Source: Candidatus Spongiisociaceae bacterium
GTDB taxonomy: Bacteria; Actinomycetota; Acidimicrobiia; Spongiisociales; Spongiisociaceae
Assembly: GCA_965219685.1 (NCBI GenBank)
Contig: CBDCOH010000002.1
Coordinates: forward strand, 864,001-928,000
DNA: 64,000 nucleotides
Direction of reading: 5' to 3'
How positions within the stretch are numbered: position 1 is the stretch's first letter; the number at the start of each line of letters is the position of its first letter. The notes under the pieces were generated by a model. The model worked only from the letters and a program-made list of their open reading frames with translations. It was not told the origin of the DNA and made no database searches. This document shows positions 19,953-29,544 of the stretch, in pieces. The translations under genes were made by a program, and so were the position numbers.

Positions 19953-20965
19953 AGCCCCGGGTGCCAGAGGTAATCGAGCGAGCCCGGGAACTGGTGGAAC
20001 CTGCCCTGGTGGGGGCCGTGGACCGGCTCTCGCCGGGTCTTCGGCTTCCGGGCCGCTACCACTTCGGGTGGGTCGACGCGGCAGGCGACCCGATTCCGGA
20101 CGGGGGTCACGGCAAGGGTGTCCGTCCCAGCCTGGCGCTGCTGTCGGCCGAGGCCGTCGGGGCGGCGCCCGAGGTGGCGCTTCCGGGCGCCGTGGCCGTC
20201 GAACTGGTCCACAACTTCTCGCTGGTCCACGACGACATCATCGACGACGACGAGGAGCGGCGGCACCGGGCCACGATCTGGAACGTGTTCGGGACCGGGG
20301 ACGCCATCGTCGTGGGTGATGCGTTGATGGTCCTCGCGTTCGAGTTGCTGCTGGAAGAGGCGACTCCCGAGCGCACCGCGGCGGCGGCCGATCTGATCCG
20401 CGCCACGGCCGACATGATCGCCGGCCAATACCTGGACATGTCCTTCGAAAGCACCGCGCCCGCTGACGTGGAGCGATGCTGGGAGATGGTCTCCCTCAAG
20501 ACCGGTGCGCTCCTAGCCCACGCCAGTGCGGTCGGCGCGATCCTGGCCGGGGCGCCGGCGGGTGCCGTCGAGTCGCTGCGGCGCTTCGGGGGGGAGTTGG
20601 GCCGGGCCTTCCAAGCTGTGGACGACCTGCTGGGTATCTGGGGGGATCCGTCCGTCACCGGCAAACCGGTCGGCAGCGACCTGCGGGAACGGAAACGGTC
20701 GGTACCTGTGACGGTGGCGCTGCATTCGGGGACCCGGGCCGGCGCGATGCTGGCCGACCTGTACGCGAGGGACCATCTTTCCGACTCCGACATCGCCCGG
20801 GCCGCCGCCCTGGTGGACGAGGCCGGCGGGCGGTCCGCCACCGTCGCGGCTGCCCGGGAGTGCATGCACCGGGCAGCCGACGCGTTGTCCGGCGCTCACC
20901 TCGAGACGCGGGCAGCCGATGAGCTGCTGGAACTGGCGGAGTTCATCGTCGACCGCGACTTCTGA
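19949..20965 (+). CDS. Polyprenyl diphosphate (FPP/GGPP) synthase
   Basis: GKGVR, HNFSLVHDDIIDDD, FQAVDDLLG. Confidence 0.92.
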   Translation: MKPRVPEVIERARELVEPALVGAVDRLSPGLRLPGRYHFGWVDAAGDPIPDGGHGKGVRPSLALLSAEAVGAAPEVALPGAVAVELVHNFSLVHDDIIDDDEERRHRATIWNVFGTGDAIVVGDALMVLAFELLLEEATPERTAAAADLIRATADMIAGQYLDMSFESTAPADVERCWEMVSLKTGALLAHASAVGAILAGAPAGAVESLRRFGGELGRAFQAVDDLLGIWGDPSVTGKPVGSDLRERKRSVPVTVALHSGTRAGAMLADLYARDHLSDSDIARAAALVDEAGGRSATVAAARECMHRAADALSGAHLETRAADELLELAEFIVDRDF

Positions 20966-21104
20966 CCGGATCGTCTGCCGCTGGGCGGGACCGGAGCGAG
21001 TCCCCTGCGGCGTGGGGTTCTCGAGCGGTCCTGTGACCGGGCACTCCACGCACCGGGTCTACCCCGATTAGATTGAGTGACGCTTCGAGAATTCGGGAGG
21101 GCAC

Positions 21105-22643
21105 ATGAAGGTACCGCTCACGGTACGGGACTTCCTGGACCGGGCTGCTCTGATCTATCCGGACAGCCCGGCTGTGATCGACGAACCGGACCAACCGGCG
21201 CCGAGTTGGGGCACGCTGACCTACGGTCAGGTAGAGGAACGGACGCGCTCGCTGGGTGCCGCCCTCGACGGTCTTGGTATCGGCTGGGGCGAGCGTGTTG
21301 CGGTGGTCTCGCACAATTCCGCCCGGCTCCTGGTGATGATGCTGGGCGTCAGTGCCTACGGCCGCATCTCGGTTCCGATCAACTTCAGGCTCAACGCGGC
21401 CGAGGTCGACTACATAGTCTCCCATTGCGGAGCGCGGCTGCTTCTGATCGACCCCGAACTCGCCGATGAACTGGCGGGTGTCGATTGCGAGCACCGGTTG
21501 GTGATCGGTCCCGAGGCCGATGAGGCCCTGTTCGGGGACACCGCCGCCGATCCCCGTCCGTGGGTGGCCGACGAGGACGCGACGGCCACCATCAACTACA
21601 CGAGCGGGACCACCGCACGTCCCAAGGGTGTCCAGATGAGCCATCGGACCCTGTGGTTGAACGCGGTGACCTTCGGTTGGAGCGCCGGGGTGAGCGACCA
21701 TGACGTCTACCTCCACACCCTCCCCATGTTTCACTGCAACGGTTGGGGAATGCCCTACGCACTCACCGGAATGGGGGCCGCACAGGTGGTGATCCGCAAG
21801 ATCGACGGGGCACAGATCCTGCGCCGCATCGAACGCCACGGGGTTACCTACATGTGCGGCGCTCCGGCCGTCGTGGCGGCGATCCTCTCGGCTGCCGAGG
21901 ACTGGAAGGGACCGATCCCGGGAGCGGGCAGGGTTCGGATGACCGTGGCGGGAGCTCCTCCGCCGACCCGGACCATCGAACGTATGGAAACCGAACTCGG
22001 ATGGGAGTTCATGCAGTTGTACGGGCTCACCGAGACGGCGCCCTACCTGACCATGAATCGGATCCGGCCCGACTGGAAACACTTGGATCCGGGGCAACGG
22101 GCCCGGCGGCTGGTCCGCCAGGGCGTTCCGGCGCTCGGCATCAGCCTTAGAGTTTCTTCTGAAGGTGAAGTCGAGGCTCAAGGTAATCACATCATGGATG
22201 GATACTGGGAGCAACCGGACGCCACCGACGAGGCCTTGGCGGAAGGTTGGTTCCACACCGGAGACGGAGGCTACATCGACGAGGACAGCTATCTGGTGCT
22301 CACCGACCGTCGCAAGGACGTGATCATCAGCGGGGGCGAGAACGTCTCATCCATAGAGGTGGAGGACTGCCTGTTCACCCATCCCGCGGTGGCTGAAGTG
22401 GCCGTCATAGGTGTTCCGGATGATCGATGGGGGGAGACTCCGAAGGCACTGGTGGTGCTGGTCGAAGGTTCCACCGTCACCGAGCGGGGACTCATCGACT
22501 ACTGCCGGGAGCGCATCGCGCACTACAAGTGCCCCAGCACCGTGGAGTTTCGTGATGCCCTAGCCCGCACCGCCACCGGCAAGCTCCAGAAGTACAAGCT
22601 GCGGGCCCCCTACTGGGAAGGCCGCAGCCGCCGGATCAACTAG
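21105..22643 (+). CDS. Acyl-CoA synthetase (AMP-binding)
   Basis: YTSGTTARPKG, YGLTE, FHTGD, ISGGENVSS, GKLQK. Confidence 0.93.
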   Translation: MKVPLTVRDFLDRAALIYPDSPAVIDEPDQPAPSWGTLTYGQVEERTRSLGAALDGLGIGWGERVAVVSHNSARLLVMMLGVSAYGRISVPINFRLNAAEVDYIVSHCGARLLLIDPELADELAGVDCEHRLVIGPEADEALFGDTAADPRPWVADEDATATINYTSGTTARPKGVQMSHRTLWLNAVTFGWSAGVSDHDVYLHTLPMFHCNGWGMPYALTGMGAAQVVIRKIDGAQILRRIERHGVTYMCGAPAVVAAILSAAEDWKGPIPGAGRVRMTVAGAPPPTRTIERMETELGWEFMQLYGLTETAPYLTMNRIRPDWKHLDPGQRARRLVRQGVPALGISLRVSSEGEVEAQGNHIMDGYWEQPDATDEALAEGWFHTGDGGYIDEDSYLVLTDRRKDVIISGGENVSSIEVEDCLFTHPAVAEVAVIGVPDDRWGETPKALVVLVEGSTVTERGLIDYCRERIAHYKCPSTVEFRDALARTATGKLQKYKLRAPYWEGRSRRIN

Positions 22644-22645
22644 CG

Positions 22646-22750
22646 ATGGTGAATGGTGAATGGTGAATGGTGAATGGTGAATGGTGAATGGTGAATGGTG
22701 AATGGTGAATGGTGAATGGTGAATGGTGAATGGTGAATGGTGAATGGTGG
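22646..22750 (+). repeat. (ATGGTGA)14 + 1 variant heptamer tandem array
   Basis: Counted directly; begins 2 nt after the stop codon. Confidence 0.98.
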
Positions 22751-22821
22751 TAACTCTGGAGGGTACTCGACTACCGAGCCAGGACCGACCACGATGAGCT
22801 AGCTAGATGAGGTAGCCGTTC

Positions 22822-22891
22822 ACGGTCAACGGTCAACGGTCAACGGTCAACGGTCAACGGGTAACGGGTAACGGGTAACGGGTAACGGGTT
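22822..22891 (+). repeat. (ACGGTCA)5(ACGGGTA)4 + variant heptamer array
   Basis: Counted directly; abuts the msrB stop codon. Confidence 0.97.
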
Positions 22892-23311
22892 TCAGTCGGG
22901 CTTCAGGTCTATCGAAGCCGAGTTGATGCAGTAACGGAGGCCTGTGGGGCGGGGGCCGTCGGGGAACACATGGCCCAGATGGCATTGGCAGTTCCCGCAG
23001 GTGACTTCGGTTCGGACCATTCCCAGGCTGTGGTCGGTGTGCTCCTCGACTGGGGCTCCCTCGACCTTGTCGTAGAAACTGGGCCATCCGGTACCCGAGT
23101 CGAACTTCTCGTCGCTGCGGAAGAGTGGAGCGCCACAGCCGATGCACATATAGGTGCCGGGGTCCTTCTCATTCCAGTACTCACCCGAGAACGGCCGCTC
23201 CGTTCCGGCCTCGCGCGCCACGTAGTACTGCATGGGCGTCAGCTTCCTGCGCCATTCCCGCTCGCTCGTCGGAATGGAGGTGTCCTCCGCCGCGGTGTTG
23301 GTCTCGGTCAT
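22892..23311 (-). CDS. msrB: Peptide-methionine (R)-S-oxide reductase
   Basis: [33 protein letters not shown]. Confidence 0.97.
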   Translation of the reverse strand: MTETNTAAEDTSIPTSEREWRRKLTPMQYYVAREAGTERPFSGEYWNEKDPGTYMCIGCGAPLFRSDEKFDSGTGWPSFYDKVEGAPVEEHTDHSLGMVRTEVTCGNCQCHLGHVFPDGPRPTGLRYCINSASIDLKPD

Positions 23312-23441
23312 TCTTCATCCTTCCGGGGCCGGGAGCCGGAACCGGAGATCGGTCACACGAGGCTCCCGGTCTGCAAATGATCGGGTTAGCAGGGCTTATG
23401 GCTGCACCCATAAGCCTCCGAACCATCCTAATCTCAGGGCC

Positions 23442-25160
23442 ATGGAACACGAACCCACTCTCCCTGAAGCCAGCGCCCCCCCGAACTCGTGGCGCTCCCG
23501 CCTTGACTACGTCCTGCTCGGCATGGTCGCAACCGGCTCCGCCCTAGCGATCTCGGAACTGGTCGCCGGTCTTTTCCTCTCCGCCCCGTCGCTGGTCCGA
23601 ACCATCGGTCAGCGGATCATCGACATCACGCCGGCGCCGGTGGAGGACTGGGCGATCTCGACATTCGGCACCAACGACAAGTTGGCCCTGATCATCGGGA
23701 TCGTCGTGGTGTCGCTCGCGATCGGAGCCCTCCTCGGCCTGCTGGCTGAGAACCGGCCAGGTCCGGCCGCGGCCGGTTTCGTGCTCTTCGGGGTGGTCGG
23801 GTTCGTCGTGGGCCTGACAGATCCTCTGGCCGGATCGACTCTGACCCTCGTGGCCGCGGTGGCTGCCGCAGCCTCCGGGGTCGGCGTGCTGCTGGGACTG
23901 CGGTCCCTGCTCCGGCGGTCACCCTCCCCCGCCGGAGCAGGGGCCCCCGGATCGCGCCGCATGTTCCTCACCGCTTCGGCCGCCGGTGTGGCCGTCGCGG
24001 TGGGTGAGGTCCTTTTGGGGCGTTACTTCGCGAACCGCACCCAGACCGCGGTCGCAGGCCGGGAGCAGGTGACGCTGCCGTCCGCCTCCCAGCCCGCGCC
24101 CGCTACGACCACGTTGACGACGGAGCCGGCCGAGTCCGTCTCCGACACGGCTGGAGTGACCGCCTCCGAGGCGGCTGATCCGGTGGAGACCACCACGACC
24201 GCGGTCTCCACCGAAGCGAGTTCCCAACCGGCGGTCGAGGGTGTGGCCGATCCCACGCCGGCCCAGGTGGCACCCATCGATGGGGTATCCGAACTGGTGA
24301 CCCCGAACGAGGAGTTCTACATAATCGACACCGCTCTCAGCGTGCCGCGGGTCGACCTCGAGACTTGGACCCTGTCCTTCACCGGCCTCGCGGATACGCC
24401 TTTCAGCATCACCTACGACGAACTGCTGGCCATGCCGATGGTGGAGCGTTACGTCACCCTCTGCTGCGTGTCGAACCGGGTGGGCGGTGGCCTGATCGGC
24501 AATGCGAAGTGGCTGGGGGTTCCACTGCGGGAACTCGTCGAGCGGGCAGGCGTGAGACCCGAGGGAACCCAGTTGATCGGGCGGTCCGTGGATGAGTTCA
24601 CCGTCGGGTTCCCCACCGCCGCGGTGTTCGACGGGCGGGAAGCCCTGGTGGCCGTCGGGATGAACGGCGAGCCACTTCCTCTCAAGCACGGCTTCCCGGC
24701 CCGTCTGGTCGTATCCGGTCTCTACGGCTATGTCTCTGCCACCAAGTGGCTCGCGGAGGTCGAGTTCGCCGGCTGGGACGACTTCGACGCCTACTGGATC
24801 CCCCGAGGTTGGGCCAAGGAGGCGCCCATCAAGACCCAGTCGCGGATCGACAGTCCGCAACCCGGGAGCATCACGGCCGGAACCAACGTCATAGCCGGGG
24901 TTGCCTGGGCCCAGAACCGCGGAGTGGAGAAGGTGGAGGTCCGGGTCGGCGACGGACCGTGGATCGAGGCCGTCCTCCCGGAGGAACTCTCCATCGACTC
25001 CTGGCGGCAGTGGTACCTGGAGCACGACTTCACTCCCGGCGCCCATCAGATCTCAGTGAGGGCCACCGACGCGACCGGGGTAACCCAGACCGCCGAGATC
25101 CAGGAACCCCGGCCCGACGGAGCGACCGGCTACCACACGATCAGGGTGAACGCGGCCTGA
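23442..25160 (+). CDS. Membrane-bound molybdopterin oxidoreductase (sulfite oxidase family)
   Basis: N-terminal TM helices, FYIIDTAL, TLCCVSN, HGFPARLVV-GLYGYVSATKW, IKTQSRID. Confidence 0.9.
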   Translation: MEHEPTLPEASAPPNSWRSRLDYVLLGMVATGSALAISELVAGLFLSAPSLVRTIGQRIIDITPAPVEDWAISTFGTNDKLALIIGIVVVSLAIGALLGLLAENRPGPAAAGFVLFGVVGFVVGLTDPLAGSTLTLVAAVAAAASGVGVLLGLRSLLRRSPSPAGAGAPGSRRMFLTASAAGVAVAVGEVLLGRYFANRTQTAVAGREQVTLPSASQPAPATTTLTTEPAESVSDTAGVTASEAADPVETTTTAVSTEASSQPAVEGVADPTPAQVAPIDGVSELVTPNEEFYIIDTALSVPRVDLETWTLSFTGLADTPFSITYDELLAMPMVERYVTLCCVSNRVGGGLIGNAKWLGVPLRELVERAGVRPEGTQLIGRSVDEFTVGFPTAAVFDGREALVAVGMNGEPLPLKHGFPARLVVSGLYGYVSATKWLAEVEFAGWDDFDAYWIPRGWAKEAPIKTQSRIDSPQPGSITAGTNVIAGVAWAQNRGVEKVEVRVGDGPWIEAVLPEELSIDSWRQWYLEHDFTPGAHQISVRATDATGVTQTAEIQEPRPDGATGYHTIRVNAA

Positions 25161-25530
25161 CGGAGGGGTCCGGCCTTCGGGTGGCTGCCGGTGCGCCAAC
25201 CCGCGGCATGTCTCCGGCGTTCCTTCGTGGCCCGATCCCGTACGTCGGGTGTGCCAGGTCGCGAAAAACGTGACGACCGGTTCCCGCTCCGGGCCCTCCG
25301 CCACCACCAGCTTTCCTGGGAATTAGAGCGCGGGCGATCCGGTCTGCGGTGCATGCCATGCTCCGATGGTTCATCATCCCTCGGTCGGTCGAACGACGCC
25401 GGACTCGGGGCCGCGCGGGTGTTTGGTCCTACCCGATTGTGCCGAACGGTTGCGCCGGCGCCCAACCCCTTTGCGGCGGTGGATCGTTCGCGGACCGACC
25501 ATGGCACCGGCGGCGGGTCGGCACGGTCGG

Positions 25531-26274
25531 CTACCGGCTAGCCAGCGACTCGAGGATGTTGTCCGGTATGTCGAAGTTGCCGTAGACCTCCTGAACGTCG
25601 TTGAGATCGTCCAGGGCGTCCACCAGGCGGAGCACGCGAGACGCCTTGGGGGCGTCGAGCACGATGGTCGTGGAGGGAAGTTGGGTGACCTCGGCCGACT
25701 GCACGTCCAGGTCGGCCTCGCCGAGCGCACTCCTGACCGTTGTGAAGTCCTCGGGGGCGGTGATCACCTCGAACTGATCCCCGCTCGATCGCACATCCTC
25801 GGCGCCTGACTCGAGTGCGGCCAAAAGGATGTCGTCCTCGTCGCCGTCGACGAGCAGGTAACCCTTCTGGTCGAACAGGTAACTCACCGATCCCGGCTCG
25901 CCCAGGTTGCCTCCGTTTCTCGTGAAGGCGGACCGGACGTCCGACGCGGCTCGGTTGCGGTTGTCGGTAAGCACCTGGACCAGCAGCGCCACGCCACCGG
26001 GCGCATAGCCTTCATAGAACATGGTGTCGAGTCGCTCGCCGACCAACTCCCCGGTCCCGCGCTTGATGGCCCTCTCGATGTTGTCCTTGGGTACCGAGGC
26101 GGACCGGGCCTTGTCGATCGCGGTCGCCAGCACCGCGTTGCCGTTGGGATCGCCGCCGCCGTGCCTGGCCGCTGCTTCGACTGCCCGGCAGAGCTTCGCG
26201 AACAGGTTTCCCCGGGCGGCGTCCTGGCGGCCCTTCCGGTGCTTGATGTTGGCCCACTTGGAATGGCCCGCCAT
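25531..26274 (-). CDS. yebC: YebC/PmpR family protein
   Basis: MAGHSKWANIKHRK, YEGYAPGG, TDNRNR. Confidence 0.97.
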   Translation of the reverse strand: MAGHSKWANIKHRKGRQDAARGNLFAKLCRAVEAAARHGGGDPNGNAVLATAIDKARSASVPKDNIERAIKRGTGELVGERLDTMFYEGYAPGGVALLVQVLTDNRNRAASDVRSAFTRNGGNLGEPGSVSYLFDQKGYLLVDGDEDDILLAALESGAEDVRSSGDQFEVITAPEDFTTVRSALGEADLDVQSAEVTQLPSTTIVLDAPKASRVLRLVDALDDLNDVQEVYGNFDIPDNILESLASR

Positions 26275-26861
26275 CAGTCCTTCCCGACCATGTCGAGGAG
26301 CATCCGGTGAAGTCGCATGTCATCGGTCAGTTCCGGGTGGAAGGCGGATGCAAGGATGCTGTCCTTCCTGACCAGTACCGGTCGGCCGCGATGCCGGGCC
26401 AGGATCTCGATGTCCGGCCCGGTCGAGTGGACAAGCGGGGCCCGGATGAAGACCGCATGCACCTCTTCGTCCCACCCATCCACGGCCAGTTCGCACTCGA
26501 AGGACTCGTTCTGGCGACCGAATGCGTTTCGTTCCACGACCATCTCCAGCACGCCCAGCTGTGTCTGGGCGCCTTCGGTGACCGCGGAGGCGAGGAAGAT
26601 CATGCCTGCGCACGTTCCCAGGGTCGGCATACCGGAGCGGATGTGCTTGCGCAACGGGTCCACGAGCCCGTAGAGGTTGGCGAGACGACCGATCGTCGTG
26701 GACTCGCCACCCGGGATGATCAGGGCGTCGATGGAGTCCAGGTCGGCCTGGGTTCTGACCTCCACGGCCCTCGCCCCGGCTCGCCTCACCGACCGGAGGT
26801 GCTCGCGCACGTCTCCCTGCAGTGCGAGCACCCCCACGGCCGGCGTCGGCGGCGCTGGCAT
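26274..26861 (-). CDS. pdxT: PLP synthase glutaminase subunit
   Basis: GVLALQG, PGGEST, GTCAG, FHPEL. Confidence 0.97.
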   Translation of the reverse strand: MPAPPTPAVGVLALQGDVREHLRSVRRAGARAVEVRTQADLDSIDALIIPGGESTTIGRLANLYGLVDPLRKHIRSGMPTLGTCAGMIFLASAVTEGAQTQLGVLEMVVERNAFGRQNESFECELAVDGWDEEVHAVFIRAPLVHSTGPDIEILARHRGRPVLVRKDSILASAFHPELTDDMRLHRMLLDMVGKD

Positions 26862-26866
26862 GTCTC

Positions 26867-27769
26867 CTACCAGCCCCGGTCCTGCATGCGCTGGGAGGCG
26901 GGGATGGTGTCGATCTCGATGCCCACCATCGCCTCGCCGAGGTTGCGGGACACCTTGGCGAGTATCTGGGCGTCGTTGTAGAAGGTGGTGGCCTCGACGA
27001 TCGCCCGGCCCCTCACGGCCGGGTCCCCGCTCTTGAAGATCCCGGAACCGACGAACACGCCGTCGCAGCCCAACTGCATCATCATGGCGGCGTCCGCCGG
27101 CGTGGCGATACCGCCGGCGGCGAAGTTGACGACCGGTAGCCGGCCGAGTTCCGCCACCTCGCGGAGCAACTCGACGGGGGCGTTGAGATCCCGGGCGGTG
27201 GCCATGAGTTGGTCGTCTCCCGCATTGGCCGCCCGCCTCATGTCGTTGTTCATGCGCCGCATATGGGTCACCGCCTCGACCACGTTCCCCGTACCCGGCT
27301 CGCCCTTGGTCCGGATCATCGCCGCGCCCTCGCCGATGCGGCGCAGCGCCTCACCGAGATCTCTGGCTCCGCAGACGAACGGGGTGGTGAATGCCCACTT
27401 GTCGATGTGATGCTCCATGTCGGCCGGAGTCAGCACCTCGGACTCATCGATGTAGTCGACGCCGAGACCCTGCAGTATCTGCGCCTCGACGAAGTGGCCT
27501 ATCCGCGCCTTGGCCATCACCGGTATGGTGACCGCCTCCATGATCTCCTCGACCCTCGACGGGTCCGCCATCCTGGCGACCCCGCCGTGGGCCCGGATGT
27601 CGGCGGGCACCCTCTCGAGGGCCATGACGGCCACGGCCCCGGCCTCCTCGGCGATCCGGGCCTGGTCAGCGGTGACGACATCCATGATGACGCCGCCCTT
27701 CAACATTTCGGCGAGCCCGCGCTTGACACGAGCCGTGCCGGTGGTATGGCCTTTGGTCCCCTGTTCCAC
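26867..27769 (-). CDS. pdxS: PLP synthase lyase subunit
   Basis: [33 protein letters not shown]. Confidence 0.97.
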   Translation of the reverse strand: MEQGTKGHTTGTARVKRGLAEMLKGGVIMDVVTADQARIAEEAGAVAVMALERVPADIRAHGGVARMADPSRVEEIMEAVTIPVMAKARIGHFVEAQILQGLGVDYIDESEVLTPADMEHHIDKWAFTTPFVCGARDLGEALRRIGEGAAMIRTKGEPGTGNVVEAVTHMRRMNNDMRRAANAGDDQLMATARDLNAPVELLREVAELGRLPVVNFAAGGIATPADAAMMMQLGCDGVFVGSGIFKSGDPAVRGRAIVEATTFYNDAQILAKVSRNLGEAMVGIEIDTIPASQRMQDRGW

Positions 27770-27942
27770 GGTCCTTTTGTCCTTTCGATGGTACCAGTTG
27801 GGTCTGGTAATTCTACCGGGACCCAGCCTCGATGCAACCGCAATGTCGGTTACCGGCCGTGCGTTTTGTTGGCCTCCGGGCCATCGTCTCGCTTCGTATT
27901 GCAACCCGGACGGGATGTCGCACAGGTTTCTATGTTGATTGC

Positions 27943-28191
27943 ATGAGACAGTACGTGGTGCAAATCGACGACGAACTGTCCCGCCAGGTTGACCGATTAG
28001 TGGTCACTGGCATCGTCCAGTCGAGATCGGATGCCGTCAGGAGGGTTCTTCGTCGGCTCGTCGACGATGAACGCCGGCGGGCCGTTGGAGCGGCGATCGT
28101 CGAGGGCTACCGGCGCGTGCCACAGAAGGCCGATGACCTGGGTTGGGTTGACGGCATCGGTCGATTCATGATCGCCGAGGAACCATGGTGA
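27943..28191 (+). CDS. Ribbon-helix-helix (MazE/CopG-like) antitoxin, apparently orphan
   Basis: VQIDDEL...SRSDAVRR...GYRRVPQ...EEPW. The overlapping ATG that follows opens only a 42-aa frame with no toxin motifs. Confidence 0.65.
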   Translation: MRQYVVQIDDELSRQVDRLVVTGIVQSRSDAVRRVLRRLVDDERRRAVGAAIVEGYRRVPQKADDLGWVDGIGRFMIAEEPW

Positions 28192-28395
28192 CATTGCTGA
28201 TCTACCGAGTCCTTGAAGGCGGAGTCCGACCAGTGAAACGGGCGGACGGCCAGACGAGTAGTAGTTCCAAGGGATCTGACCAGAAGGGACCGAACTCTAC
28301 GATCGTTACATAACGCTGTGCAACACATCTGTAACGTGTGTGTCCCTGTTCCTGGACTAGAACCCCGGGGCTGCCATTTCGTGAAGAGGCACCCG

Positions 28396-28513
28396 CGGCG
28401 CAAACGCGAGACCCAAACAGTACTATGGAGGATGGTAAATGACGCCGATCCAACGTTAACCGTCGAATACCAACTAGAAACTATAGACTACCGACTAGGA
28501 ACTAACCAGCTAG
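28396..28513 (+). repeat. Dispersed element copy A (GGAGGATGGT core + CTA-phased heptamer tail)
   Basis: Aligns with 43581-43693 and with the reverse complement of 46256-46341. Confidence 0.85.
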
Positions 28514-29544
28514 CGGGATGCAACTCTCCCGTAGAGGGCGCGGTAACGATCGGTGACCCTCCCCCAGTCGAAGTCGGCGACCCGGGCCGAGCCTCGCGCC
28601 GCCAGGCTCCGGCGGAGGCCGGAATCGGTCAGGGCCTGCACGAGAGCGGCCGCCAGGGCCGAGCGGTCCCCGTTCGGGAACATCAGACCCGAGCCGGCCA
28701 GGACATCGGAGAAGGCTTCGAGGTCGCTGGCGACGACCGCGCAGCCGGCGGCCATGGCTTCGGCGACGGTTATCCCGAAGCTCTCGCCTCCCCGGTTGGG
28801 TGCGCAGAAGACGGCGCTGGCCGCCAGGGCGGTGCGCTTCTCCTCCTCGCTCACCCGGCCCAGGTACCGCACGCCCGGTACGGCCGGCTCATCCCCTCCC
28901 CCGACAATCACCAACCTGGCGTTCACCACCCGCGAGCTGACTTCCGGCCAGGCCGCCAGCAGGAGGTCGCGGCCCTTGCGGGGATCGGGACGGCCCAGGA
29001 AGGCCACCTGCCGGGGGTTCCTGTCGACGGGAACCCGGAAGGATGCGACGTCGATGGCGTTGGGGATCGCCTCAGGACCGAGGCGCAGCGGGTGGATCGC
29101 CCGTCCGGCGGTGCGGCTCACGGTGGTGGCCAGGGCGTCCTGCAGGATCCGACCCAGGAGCCGGCCGGACAGCCGGTAGGCGGCCCTGACCGTCTTCGAG
29201 GGATCGGCGTGGAAGGTCACCACCGTCGGCTTGCGAGCCGCCAACGCTGCCCAGCCGACCAGCGGAACGAACGGTTCGTGGACGTGGACCACCTCCGCGG
29301 TCGAGACCGCTTCACCCATCCGTCCGAGCACGGGCGGCGAGAGCGCCACCGGAGCCCGAGATCGGTTGGCCCTGATCGCCACCCAGTTCCCCACATCGAT
29401 CCGGTCGGGTCCCTCCCCCGCCGCGGGCGCGACGGCGAAGGCTTCGTCCCCTCCCATGCGCAGGTGGTGGACCAAGCCCTTCACCTGCTGCTGGACGCCG
29501 CCGGGAACATCCAGAGCGTAGGGGGACACAACCGCGATCCTCAC
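28510..29544 (-). CDS. pimA: Phosphatidylinositol alpha-mannosyltransferase (GT4)
   Basis: VSPYALDVPGGVQ, HVHEP, GESFGITVAEAMAAG; pgsA-patA-pimA synteny. Confidence 0.88.
   Translation of the reverse strand: MRIAVVSPYALDVPGGVQQQVKGLVHHLRMGGDEAFAVAPAAGEGPDRIDVGNWVAIRANRSRAPVALSPPVLGRMGEAVSTAEVVHVHEPFVPLVGWAALAARKPTVVTFHADPSKTVRAAYRLSGRLLGRILQDALATTVSRTAGRAIHPLRLGPEAIPNAIDVASFRVPVDRNPRQVAFLGRPDPRKGRDLLLAAWPEVSSRVVNARLVIVGGGDEPAVPGVRYLGRVSEEEKRTALAASAVFCAPNRGGESFGITVAEAMAAGCAVVASDLEAFSDVLAGSGLMFPNGDRSALAAALVQALTDSGLRRSLAARGSARVADFDWGRVTDRYRALYGRVASR

Noticed and set aside
22646-22891. CRISPR array
   Set aside because: Contiguous 7-nt units with no unique spacers, and no cas genes in the window.
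27798-28416. TGGGTCT...AGACCCA as terminal inverted repeats around TA cargo (also 42728/43593)
   Set aside because: Only 7-8 bp, and the left copies are explained by or adjoin local hairpins; too weak without comparative data.
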